NCBI RefSeq assembly: GCF_009914755.1
Contig: NC_060930.1
Source of the DNA: the human T2T-CHM13v2.0 reference genome, Homo sapiens
Length of the DNA: 64,000 nucleotides
Direction: 5' to 3' (one strand)
In this document: one piece after another, positions 44,487 to 59,620 of the stretch
Layout of the letters: the number at the start of each line of letters is the position of its first letter
Numbering within the stretch: the stretch's first letter is position 1
Made by a program: the position numbers and the translations under genes
Notes under the pieces: model-generated
Database searches by the model: none
What the model was told of the DNA's origin: nothing
Seen by the model: the letters and a program-made list of their open reading frames with translations, nothing else

Positions 44487-45143
44487 CTGTTGGTTGTTGG
44501 TGGTCCACTCAGTGTCTGCTCCCCCTTCCTCCTTCCTAAGTACCTCCTTCTCAAAGCTTCTTCTTACCCCAGAAGACTCTGGGATAAGATGGCATTCTCC
44601 TCAGCTAAGGATTGGGCACACTCTAGTCCAAACCAATCACGAAAGTCCCATTCTCCTTACATCTGGGTTATCTAAATGGTTCAAATAACTAAAACATAAG
44701 CCAACTCGCTCATGGCACTCCTCTGGCCAAGCTGGACAGAAAGTAGCTTAAGAAAGGGCATATGACCTCATTTACATCAGTGACACATAAGAGGAGAAAT
44801 CTAAAGGCTTCTGAGGAAACTGTTAGAACAAAATGTTCTGTCCCCTTCTACACTGCGTGGTATGGAGATATGAAGGTTAGACCTGCAGCAAACATCTTTG
44901 CTTCCACAATGGCGGCTGGCCTTAGGATAAAGCTGACTCTGTGGAAGTCAAAGCAGAGAGACAGAAGTTAACTGGGTCCTTGGAAATACCTTGGAGTGTC
45001 TGACTCACTTAAATACCATGGAGTGTCAGTCTCTTGTGTTTTGATGAGGACTACTCCTACCTCTAGGCTTCCCTGTTTTATGAGTCAAAACCTTGGAGTA
45101 GGGTTTTCTTTCAAAGCATTTTAAAGCATCTAAACTGTAATGC
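44487..45143 (+). mobile_element. Old MaLR LTR (MLT1J/K-like)
   Basis: ccaaaccaatcac, gcagcaaacatcttt, gcagagagacagaag...ctgggtccttg, and the end gggttttct...aaagcatctaaactg. Confidence 0.6.
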
Positions 45144-45639
45144 CACTCTGAGAACTAAAATACTCGACTCAAACGGTGAGTCAATGAAGTCTCTAAACAT
45201 GAGAGGCCAAATTCACCTAGCAGTGAATTAACCACAGGGATGGAACTCCCATGCCTCCACAGTGATTTAGCCCTCCTCCTTTCTTTCTTGCCCTTCTTCC
45301 AGTCACCGCCCTCAAGATGCTCAGGGTATAATGGTCCACTATCTATATGGAGTATTTAATTATCAAAATATGTATATTGTTAAGTGTGTGTATATAGGCA
45401 GTGCTGGTTTTACTCAAGAGACTAAGAAAGAATTTAAGATACTCAAATATAGAGGAACTTGAAGGAGAAATTTGAGTGACTAGAAGCCCTACACTCATAA
45501 ATTTCAGCAAGTATGGAACAGAAGAGTCTCAAAACTATGGAACTGTTGAGAGAGGCATAAATTAGCCATCAAAAAGTTCTGACAAATACCATAAAATATG
45601 AAATGATGGGTTGGAGATTGAATAAGAACCTGGAGGCAG

Positions 45640-45835
45640 GTATCATGGTTAAGAACTAAGTTCATGAACCTTGGAATCAGAAAGACCTTTCTGTTCAGTT
45701 CCTGATTCTACCTCTGCACAACCTTTGTCACCTGTAAAATGGGTAATAATACTGTTTAATGGTGTTGTAAGAATCAAGTGAAACGTATCTATATATAAAT
45801 GTCCACATAATATTGCCTAAAACACACTAGGAACT
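45640..45835 (+). mobile_element. MIR
   Basis: tggttaagaac...ttggaatcagaaagacct...ctgtaaaatgggtaataatac. Confidence 0.7.
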
Positions 45836-46734
45836 AAGAATATCCTGCCCCCCCCCCGTAGTTATTGTTTATATATTATCAATAAGCAATAACTGTTAGC
45901 CCTCAACTTTTTGTTCCTTGATGCAATTTTTCTGAGTTAGTTCAGTCAATCTTACTCTGAAGGAGTGAGACCACCTTGGCCATAGATTTGTGCTAATATC
46001 TGAGTTGACACATCCCAGGGACAGATGACAGATAAATGAGATTTATCTAGAGTCAGTGTTGAAGAAGAAACCTTATTAAATTAGAACTTGTGAGGCATAC
46101 TCACTTGTTGGGGGTAAGGGAAGCAAGGCAGCAGCCCTCCACATATCATCGGTAAGGGCCGTGTCACACTAAAGGTAAAGCACAGGCCAATGCGGCTACA
46201 GGAGGCCTGAAGCATGTGCAACAAGTCAGGGCAACAACTGAGCATTTTGGGGTCAAAGGCAAGGCCATCTGGGGCCTGGAATAAATCACAGTTTTTGGTA
46301 TTCACCTCCGACATTTCTATACAGGTAGAACAAAGTTGAAATAAATTTCTAAAGTAGTTCAAATGTTACAGTCTCTGAGATACCATCCACAGTTCTTCCA
46401 AACTTACTGACTTCCACCTATGAACCCTTTCTCACACTGCCCATATTTCTGTGCTACACTCACCTACCCTGTTGTATTCAAATTCTCACATGTGTGCCCC
46501 TCATCCTGCACCAAACTGGACTCCTGATAAAAGGGACCACATCCTATTCTTTTCTCATCGTCTTGAGACCCTACCTTAGGATTTAGGTGAATGATTATAT
46601 GTCAAAGGATTCCACCTCTGCAGAGTCCTGTTACTGTTTAGATCAGAGTTTAAGAGCTATCAGCTATCCAAAATAAATCTAATATAATGTTTTTTTAAAG
46701 TTTCTAGATTTGTAATCAGCATATCAGAGTGTTA

Positions 46735-47080
<346 letters not shown>

Positions 47081-47137
47081 GGTAAAAACATGGATAGTAT
47101 TCTCATGGATTACAAAAGAAAATGATAGAAGTGACAG

Positions 47138-47342
47138 TATAAGTGCCTATTATGTGTCCAAAGACACTGTGCAGACATTATCTCATTTGACCCACACAAT
47201 AATCATGTGAGGGAGGTGTTAGTAAGCCTGTTTTAAAATGAGGAAACAGAAGCTCAGAAATATTCATAATGTGTCTGAGGAAACTGGCAGAGCTGAGATG
47301 GGAAGCCAGGCTTTTGATCCAAAACCCATGTTTTTTCACTGT
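47138..47342 (-). mobile_element. MIR
   Basis: atctcatttgacccacac...aaatgaggaaacagaagctcaga. Confidence 0.75.
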
Positions 47343-50190
47343 ATTAGTTCTGTTGTTTAATTTTTCTAAATTCATGTTCCTTTTCATGATGAGCTTTAGC
47401 ATTCATCAAAGGAAATGTCTGTATACGTAAATTCCCTGCACTGATAGACCAAGTGATTATTTATAGCCTGTTGACATTTGCTGAGTTTTTTGCTCACATT
47501 TACATTAGCTTCACACCCTCTAGAGAAGGCTGGGAAATGTTTTGATGGCATGTCAGAGATTTCCAAATGTATATTCACTGATTCGTTCTACAAACACTTA
47601 TCAAATGTTTACTGTGTACAAGGCACTGTGCCTGGGGTGAAACATATACAATCTTTTAGGAGCAGTTGCATATAACATCTGTTGCAAGAGCAACCATTCT
47701 TCAAGATCTATTCTGGGCAGAGGTTCAAAAATGCATGTACATGTGTTCTTTAGGGATTTATCTGTGAGAAACAGGTGTATTCCTGGCAACCCAAACATAG
47801 ACAATTAGACTTGGGAGAAAGGGCACCTGCTCTCAGCAGAAGAAAGAACTCAACAGGAAGGATAAAAGGGCTGAAGTAACCTGGAAAACATTTATAATAA
47901 AAAAGCACTTTACCTGTAGTAGTGGAAGAGCAAAGGATATGGAGTGGAAAGCAAGAATTCAAGAATTATCTCTGCTGGTTAAGGAATGTTTGCTGTTGAG
48001 CATATAACTTAATTCTTTGTAACTCAGTTTCTTTATTGGTAAAAGAGAGGTAATGATACTTCTTTCAAATGATGTAATAACATTTTAGTAAAATATAAAG
48101 GGATATATGAATGCCAAAATGATATAATGATCAGTATTTAAGTTTTGCTTAATGCTCTGAAAATCTTGGAGATGAACAGAAGCAGACACATGGTAAAATG
48201 CATGCTCCATGATTGACCAGGGATTCGAGCATGGAGCTGGGAAGAAGGAGAGTTTTGTTTATACGTATATATCAACAGAGGCAAAATAACAGTTGGAAAT
48301 TTGAAAGGAGTCTGGAGTTTGAACTATAAAAGTCAGAAATAGTCATTCAAAATACATAGCACTGTTAAAGAGGAATGAGAAGAGTTATTTTTCTAGGGTG
48401 CACATATAGCTACTCCTCATCAGAATTTAAGAGACAACTCTGGAGATGGAGATTTGTGATTCTGCAAGTGTAGAAGCTTTGGTTATATGTTCTGCTTCAT
48501 TATCTGCGTTTTGATATCATCCAGAGGAGCATTTCTTGGTCTGAAGCAAAAACTATTAAAGCAGAGCTTATTTAAGGTTAGATTATCCAGATTCAGTGCC
48601 CTGCCATTCAGAGTTACCTGACTCACCTTCAATAAACTGGGAACAACAAAGAAGATTTTCTGTCTGAGCCAGCCAGCAAACATAAATAAATAAAATAAAA
48701 TAAAACCATGCAGGTTGTTTTATTTGGGATTCAAGATCGAGTTTAAAGTGATCTTCAAAATGATTAAAGCCATCTAGATTTTGAGTTTGCATTTAATAGA
48801 ATGAGAGCTCAGTTCTCTTTCTCCTATTCACATTAGTTTGGGCCCAGAGGATATTTATTAAACAAAGAACACCAGAACAAACTAACATTAAAGGAGGAAA
48901 TTGGTTTTCCTGCCGTCTAACCTATTTTTAAATTAGCAGAAGCAAGTGCTAATATGAAACCCTCTGACCAGTAATCACATTTTCCTTTCTCTTTGTTGGA
49001 AAATCACAGCCATCCATATTAGCATGTCACACTAGTTAAGAGAGTGTGGTAAAATGGTCCAAGGAGACTGTTCAGGGTGAGAGCTGGGGAGGGAGAGGTG
49101 ATTTGGGCAGTGAGGTTTCCTGGGAAAAGCACCTCAGTAGGCAATTTCATGTGGAAGCTAAAAAGCCTTTTTTGGACATCAGTTCAAAAATAAAGCACAA
49201 AAGACAATGAACATGGCTCCAGATGGAGGCTGGGTTATAGTTTACTCAGGTGTTGACACAAAATCAATACTGCCACCACCTATTGATGATTTATTTCAGT
49301 AATTACTCTTGAACCCATAACTAAAATGCTGTCAAAATAGGACAACCTTGTGCTCCTAAATGCTTGTGCTTTCTTCTTTCAGTAGATTAATTTACATGTA
49401 ATAATGAAAACAGCACAGTTCTCTGATACTGATCAGTCAGCAATCTATTAAATGGTTAAAAAAACAGGGAGAAAAAATTAACGACTGTTTTCAAACACCT
49501 TTGGCTTGGGTGACTCAGTTATTTTCTCAGTGGTCTGGTTAAAGTTGTTGGTCCATAGAACTAATCTGGAAGCATAAGGACCTAACACGCTTTCTCTCCA
49601 AAGTGAAAAACCTCAGTGGCTCATGGGAAGTCTCAGCCATTGTCCATCACAACCCTCAGCATTGTGTACCTGGTGAGTGCTCTCCCAGGTTGTTGGAGAA
49701 TTTTCTGGACAAGAAATGTATTTCTTTACCAGGCAACAGAGGTGCATTTAGAAACAGCTAATTGTTGTAATGCTCTTTCATGGTTTAAGCTGAAATAGAA
49801 ATAATTTATTAGTGATAAATAGTATACTATCCACCAACTGATTCTATCTTTACCATTTCTAGAACCATACGAAATAAATCAATTTCTTCTTCTACATCAG
49901 GGAATTAGAAGACCTGGCATGCTTGAAATTGAATGAAAAAAATGCGTCTTTATTTTCAATAACATCTGACTCAGCCATAGAATTTATTTGGATTGTAAAT
50001 GTAGGCAAATAAGCCCAGTAGTATTTGTAGTACCTATGGCTTTAAGATCAATAGAAATCACACACATTTTCATGAAATCTTAGTTGTTGCACATATCTTG
50101 AAATAGGCATTTGTGCCCATCACATTTGAATTGATGATAGTTGCCCATCATATGGTTAGATGTTATTTAACATGTCAAAAATATCACAAA

Positions 50191-50516
<326 letters not shown>

Positions 50517-50577
50517 TTAAATGAAGTTGATTTCAAGTATACTCCTATGTATTTTATGCTTTCAAAATATTTTTCTG

Positions 50578-52460
50578 AATACTTAGGAGTAAATTTCACC
50601 AAAAAAGTGAAAGATCTGTATACTAGAAATTATAAAATATCGATTAAAGAAACTGAAGATGACATAAATAAATGGAAGGATATCCTGTGTTCACATATTG
50701 GAAGAGCTAATATTGTTAAAATGTCTGTATGGTCCAAAGTGAACTGCAAATTCAGTGCAATTCCTATCAAAATTCCAATGTCATTCTTCACAGAAATTTT
50801 TTTTTAAATCCAAAAATTTATATAGAACCACAGAAGACTTCAAACAGTCAAAGCCATCTTGACCAAAAGGGACAAAGCTGGGGTCATCACACCATGGGAT
50901 TTCTAAACATATTACAAAGCTATGGCAATCAAAACAGCATGATACTGGCATAAAAACAGACACGTCAACCAATGAAATAGGATAAAGAATCTAGAAATAA
51001 ATTCACAAATTTACAGTCAATTGATTTTTTACAAAGGTGCCAAGAAAACAAAATGGGGAAATGATAGTCTCTTTAATAAATAGTGTTGGGAAAACTAGAA
51101 ATTCACATGCAGAAGAATGAAAATTATCCCTTATCTGACCCTTATGTATGAATCAACTCCAAATGTATTAAAGACTTAGATGTAAGACATGAAACTATAA
51201 CACGACTGCAAGAAACATAGGGGAAAACCGGCATTACATTGGTCTGGACAGTGATTTCTTGAATATGACCCCAAAAGCACAAGCAACAAAAGCAAAAATA
51301 GACAAATGAGATTGCAGCAAACTAAAAAGCTTCTATACAGGAAAGGGAACAATTAATAGAGTGAAGAGACAACCCACAGATTGGGAGAAAATATTTGCAA
51401 ATTATACATCAGATAAGGGGCTAATATCCAAAATACATAAGGAACTCAAACTACTCAATAACAAGAAAACAAATAACCCTATTACTAATTGGGCAAAAGA
51501 CTTGAATAAACATTTCTCAAAAGAAGACATACAAATGGTCAACAAGTATATGAAAAACTGCTCAACCTCTCTAATCATCAGAGAAATGCAAATTCAAACC
51601 ACAATTAAATATCATCTAATATCTACTAGATTGGCTATTATCAAAAAGATGAAAGATAAATGTTGTGGAGGATGTGGAGAGAAGGGAATCTTTGTGCACT
51701 GTTTAGTGGCATTGTAAATTAGTATAGCCATTTTGGAAACCTAAGAAAATTCCTCAGAAAACTGAAAATAGAACTACCTTATGATCCAGCAATTCCACTT
51801 CTGGCATACACCGAAGGGAATTGATACCAGTGTGTCAAAGAGATGTCTGCACTCCCACATTCACTGCAGCATTATTCACAATAGCCAAAATATGGGAACA
51901 ACCTACATGCTCATCAGTGGATAAGTGGATTTTTAAAATGTAGTATGTAAACACAATGGAATACTATTCAGCCTAAAACAATTTAAAAAAAAAAAAACAG
52001 GAAATTCTGCCATTTGTGGCAACATGGATGAGCCTAGATGATATTATGTTAAGTGAAATAAGCCAGGCACAGAAAGACAAATACTGTATGATCTCACTTA
52101 TGTGAATCTGAAAAAGATAAACTCATAAAGAGTAGAACAGTGGTTACCAGAGACTAGGGTGGAACAGGGGTGATGGGGAAAGGGAAGATGTTGGTCGATA
52201 GGTACAAAGTTTCAGACGGGAGGAATAAGTTCTATTGCACAGCAGGGTGACTATACTTAATAATAATGTGTTGTATATTTCAAATAGCTAAAAGAGAAGC
52301 TTTCAAATGTTCTCACCACAAATAAATGATAAATATTTGAGGTGATAGATATGCTGAGTACCCTGATTTGATTATTCCGCATTGTATACACGTATCAAGA
52401 CATCACATTGTACCCCGTAAATATACAATTATTAAGTATCAATTAAAAATAAAATTTTAA
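50578..52460 (+). mobile_element. L1MA-type 3' portion (ORF2 C-terminal half plus 3'UTR)
   Basis: ORF2-like peptides YLGVNFTKKVKDLY and [25 protein letters not shown]1MA terminus gttctcaccaca...catcacattgtacccc. Confidence 0.9.
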
Positions 52461-52474
52461 AAATATGTTTTTCC

Positions 52475-54157
<1,683 letters not shown>

Positions 54158-54464
54158 AAGAGCTTTTTAAAAAGTCAAAAAACCCAAACATGATTCTCAT
54201 TATGGATGTTGCCAGACTACCAACATGTCCCAAGTAATAGAAAAGTAAAGGTTAAACACTATTGTTATAAGTCCCTGTTATAAATGAACTCTTACAAATC
54301 ATGAACTACTTGGTTGGTAGATATCAAGAAGTTAAATAACTGCTTATGTTCAAAGAAAAAGAGTCCTCTTGCTAACCACATACAAACAAGCCGATGCAAG
54401 CTCATTTACTGGATCCTGACTTGCCCACTGAGGTTCAAACCAGTGAAGACCAAAGACAGCCTGC

Positions 54465-54509
54465 CTCTTTCCTCTCTTCCTCCTTCCTTCCTCCCTTCCT
54501 TCCTTCCTT
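54465..54509. repeat. (CCTT)n polypyrimidine tract
   Basis: Visible directly in the sequence. Confidence 0.8.
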
Positions 54510-54819
54510 TAAGGAAAAATCTCCCAGTTTATTAAGCAGGTTTCTGTATAATCTCTAGGTAAGACTAGCTCCAGAGCAGTCTAATTCAAGTGTTCTCATT
54601 TATAAGAGTCAGTTAACTCTAAGCAGAAACTGCTGCTCCCTGAAGTACACCACGCACGTTGTTGCTCACAACAAAGCAGATTTATTCTAAGATTTTAAAC
54701 AGTCAATGAAAAGCTTTTCTTATAAAAACTTTAAAAAAAACCCACCTCAGTATTAGTTTCTAGTGAAATAGATAATTTGATGTCAAGGTTCAGCATTTGG
54801 TGGCTAAAACAGACTCCTA

Positions 54820-55281
<462 letters not shown>

Positions 55282-55509
55282 CTATAAGAGAGGAAGCAGG
55301 CAGATTTAGCCTGATCCCTTTAGTATCCATTGTTCCCTTTTTCTCCATAAAATTATTTTTCCATAACATAACTTTTGATGTCCAAAATATTGTTTCCAGA
55401 ATAGAAAATGTGCTTGATGAAATCTCACTACAGATGGGCCTAGAGGGAAATAAGAAAATTCTGTTAAGCTTGTCTTACATTAAAGAGCATTTACACGATA
55501 AAACCCATA

Positions 55510-55960
55510 GCAGTGGATCAAAAACTCGACAAATCGCTGTACATTTGCCTCAGTTTCCTCATCTAGAAAGTGAAGGGGCGGTCTGGATGAGCTCTAAAGT
55601 TATTCCCGTTGCTTAATTTCTCAGGATTCTGAACTCTGTGATAATTCAGAGCCCCACATCCTGAAGGCTTAAATCTTGGGTCTCTCAATGTTTTGAGTAA
55701 AGAAGACAGTGATAGCGAATGTTTACTGTGCATGGATTACACGCCGGACACTGTTTTAAGTACCTCATATGTCCTAATTTATTTAACCCTGAAGCAATTC
55801 ATTGAAGAAGGTGCTCTTGTTTTCAATATCCTCAATTTAAAAATGAAGAGACTATGACTCAGAAGGTCAACAAACTCACCTAATAAATACTGCTAATAAA
55901 TGGTAGAGATGGAACTCAAACCATCTACCTGTAGAACTCCAATTCTTAACCACTAGACCC
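55510..55960. mobile_element. MIR3-like (plus, ~55510-55640) and MIR (minus, ~55710-55960)
   Basis: gcctcagtttcctcatct core; ggacactgttttaag...ggtagagatggaactcaaacc...cttaaccacta. Confidence 0.6.
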
Positions 55961-56251
55961 TATTTGCTTGTGAAGTTAGGGGCTTTGCCTAGAAATGTTG
56001 TGATAAAGCAACCCTGTCCATTCAAGTAGCTGTAGACATAAATTGCCACACGTTGTGAGACATGATGCAGACCTCAACCAAACAATCTGCTCCACAATTC
56101 AGATCAGCCACAGCACTTTAACTTGTCCTGGCTACATTTTTGGACTTTTAGCCATTTCGTTTTCATCTATCATGCATAAATTCCCTTAGGCATTTGAATC
56201 ATTTCCTTCATACAAATTCAGAAATCTTGCCTATATATGAATTCTTTAGCT

Positions 56252-56383
56252 CAGGGACTGGCAAACTTTTTCTGTAAAGAGACAGATAGGAAATACTTTA
56301 GGCTTTGCAGGCAGTAAAGGCTGTCACAACTCCTCAACTCTGCTGTTGTGGTTTAAAACCTGGCTGTAGTTTGCCAACCCCTC
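56252..56383 (+). mobile_element. MER58A (hAT-Charlie), internally deleted
   Basis: TIRs cagggactggcaaact and agtttgccaacccct. Partial 8-bp TSD ctttag on both sides. Confidence 0.85.
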
Positions 56384-57913
56384 CTTTAGAGAACTTGGAA
56401 TTCTCTGTAATGGTTTCTTTGGATAAGCCAAAGGTGTAATAGTTGAAGATAAATTTCCCTGTTCTATATGTGAATTTTTTTTTTTTTTTTTTTACAATTC
56501 TGGATTTTAGAGCCTACCCTAAGCATATGATCCCTTAATTTTTTAAAAAAGTTCCCATTTATATCAAAAGTAATTCTTTAAACTTTGAGAAAAAAAATTC
56601 ACAGGTACGGTTATGTATCTTATATAATCAAAAAGAGGCAAAGTGCTATCTAATTTTGAAGACATTGCTTTAAAAATTTTTTTTTAATTTCCTCTGGTTG
56701 TTTCAGTATACTAGTAGATATGCCAGTTTTTTTCTTCTGCTTCTGAAAGAAATACGTACTTTTTTTCTCCTAAGGAGGGCTCATATACATGGGTTTTGAT
56801 TTACTTAAGAGTAACGCTCAAGGTCATATTTAAGTACTGTTAGTATTGCATTATGTTGGTACTAAAGTGCTTAATGGACGCTCAGCATTATTTTTTGTAT
56901 CCTGATTTAGCACTAATGTTGGATTATTGCTGATCTATGCAGCTTTACGATTAATTGTCCAAATTAGTTCAAGGCAAGCCTGTGTGTGAAAAAAAAGTTC
57001 AAAACTCTGTATGTTATCAGAGTGCCGAGGGCACGTTCACAATCACCGTCTCCTCTAAAGGAACACAGCCTATCACCTGAGGCTCTTGTTCAGACTGGGG
57101 CAGACAGAACCTGGGCTGGAGGCGAGGGATCAATCTAGACAAAGAGTTAAATATTTGGTATGCTGCATAGCATTGAAGACAACGTCTGCATGCAGCTGTA
57201 TTCAATTTTTAGTTGGATTCTGGCACACAGGGACAAAGGCATTTGTCTGAAGATAAGAGTGACATACTTTTGGTAACCTAAGATGTGTTGTGATGAAAAT
57301 GAGAGAAAGCAAATAGTATGAGTTAAGAGCAGTCTGATCTTTTTGGCTTCTTTACAATGTATGCTTTAATAAATTTGTTTAAACTTGACTTGCATTCCTT
57401 TATTTTTATATAAAAATTCATAGTGCCTAACAGTGTCATGAATGCTGTTTAAATGAATCTGGAATCTAGAGGAAACATATGTATACAAACCTAGCAAGTG
57501 TTATGGTCTTTGGCTTTGCAAAGACAACATGACATAGAATGTACTTATTGCGTTAATTAAATGATAACATACCAAGACAATTTATTATGGACATATTTAG
57601 CCTAGTTTAAAAAAAACACTATGATAAAGTTAGAAAATCTAGGACTTGCTAGAGATGAAAATTAACTGGTTTTTAAATTAACCGGCAGAGGGCTGTATCT
57701 AAAATTAAACTTATATTACTTTCACTAGAGGAAATACCATGTGAGAGCTTTTCTAAATGAACCCTTTACTTATAGGAAGTTAATATTTCATAATGCCAGG
57801 AGAAATACAGCAGTAATACATTTTCAGCAAGTAGGCACTTTTCGCCTTAAGAAAAATAAAAATAACTTGTCAGTTACACAATCCTAAATTTTGTGTTGTT
57901 TTGATTTTAATTA

Positions 57914-58748
57914 CAATAGTCCCCTATTATCCTTGGTTTTGCTTTCCTAGGATTCAGTTACCCAAAGTCAACAATGGTCTAAAAATGCAAAATGAAAAAT
58001 TCCAGAAATAAACAGTACGTTTATAACATTCAAATCTCATGCCATCCCACCCTGTACTGCCCAAGATAGGAATCCAGGAATCCTTCCTTTGTCCAGCGCC
58101 TCAGTCCTGTTTGTGCTATGCCCATTTAGTCACCGAGTAGCAGACTCGGTGAGCTCAGATCAGCTGTGGCAGTATCGCTGTGCTTGTGTTCAAACCACCC
58201 TTCTTTTACTTAATGGGCCCCAAAGTGCAAGAGTAGTGATGCTGACCTATGGTTATAATTGTTCTTTTTTTTTTTTTTTTTGAGACAGAGTCTCTCCCTG
58301 TTTCCCAGTCTGCAGTGCAGTGGCGTGATCTTGGCTCACTGAAATCTCTGCCTCCCAGATTCAAGGGATTCTCCTACCTCAGCCTCCCAAGTAGCTGGGA
58401 TTACAGGCGCCCATTGTGCCAGGCTAATTTTTGTATTTTTAGTAGAGATGGGGTTTCGCCATGTTGGCCAGGCTGGTCTCAAACTCCTGACCCCAAGTGA
58501 TCCGCCTGCCTCAGCCTCCCAAAGTGCTGGGATTACAGGCGTGAGCCACTGCGCCCAGCCAATTGTTCCATTTTTATAATGAGTGCTGTTAATTTCTTAC
58601 TGTTCCTAATCTATAAATTAAGCTGTATCATATGTATGTATAGATAAGAAGAAAACATAGTCTATATGGGGGTTGGTACTGTCCTCAGTTTCAGGCATCC
58701 ACTGGCAGTCTTAGAACATACCCCCCTCAAATAAGGGGAGACTACGGT
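57914..58748 (+). mobile_element. MER44-type (TcMar-Tigger7 derivative), interrupted by Alu
   Basis: TIR-like tagtcccct-attat and ataaggggagacta ends; internal aaaattccagaaataaaca and ggccccaaagtgcaagagtagtgatgctg. Confidence 0.82.
58265..58560 (-). mobile_element. AluSx-type
   Basis: Full dimer. TSD aattgttc at 58257-58264 and 58561-58568. Confidence 0.95.
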
Positions 58749-59539
58749 ATTATAAGGTTATACTGAATTCTGAATCTTAAACTATTTCACAGAATCATCT
58801 TTGAAAGGTAAGTATTATTTAGAAAGCAAAACTTCAAGGTGAAGGCTTGTGAATAGAACCTCAGTGTATATCACAGAGTACGAAGTGGTCATGTTCTGCC
58901 TCCTTAGCTCAACTCGTACCACCTCTTGATTTTTTTATGACCAGGCTCCAGGTAATTATTTCCCATCTGTTCTTGGTTTAACACTCCTGAAAATCAAGGA
59001 ATACTTCTGACTTAGACTTTTAAAAAAATTTTGAGAATATATTTACTATCCAGAGAGTACTGATAGATAATTAAATAAGATCAACTGTCCCCTCCAGCCA
59101 GCCTTAAATCTGGGAGCAGATGGCCATCCCACAGGCCACATTAGTTTGGGTATTCCAATAAACTGCATAATGAAAAAGAATATCCAGATTTTTTTATCCC
59201 CCAAATTTAATTTAAATTGTATTAGGAAATAAAATATTGCATGTCAATACATAGGTGCTTTTCTAAATCATGATGTAGTTTTACTCATATACGTTATACT
59301 CTTCAGGACAAAAGCCAGCAATTGCTTATAGTCCAAAATACAATTATTAGTCAAATATATTTTTCAGTATCATAAAACTCCTAAAATAAATCTATACGTA
59401 CTGTATTTTTATATTTACTAGCATTTGTTTTGCAAGGCCCTAAAATTTATAGAAAATGTAAATCACTTTTATAGTTCATAAATATTCTCAACATTACTTG
59501 ATATACAAGTATTTATTTATCTGGCATATATAATGTTTC

Positions 59540-59620
59540 CATAAATACAGCTGTATTTATGTAAATACCCTATCCATATATACTACATATGGATACCTCA
59601 ACTTATGGTCCATATGGACC
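59540..59620. repeat. Cluster of three inverted repeats
   Basis: A 22-bp perfect palindrome, a 14-bp perfect palindrome and a 9-bp stem (see findings). Confidence 0.85.

Noticed and set aside
57017-57205. Protein-like frames (SAEGTFTITVSS and the 62-aa minus ORF)
   Set aside because: Short, with an early stop, no recognised homology and no convincing splice pair.
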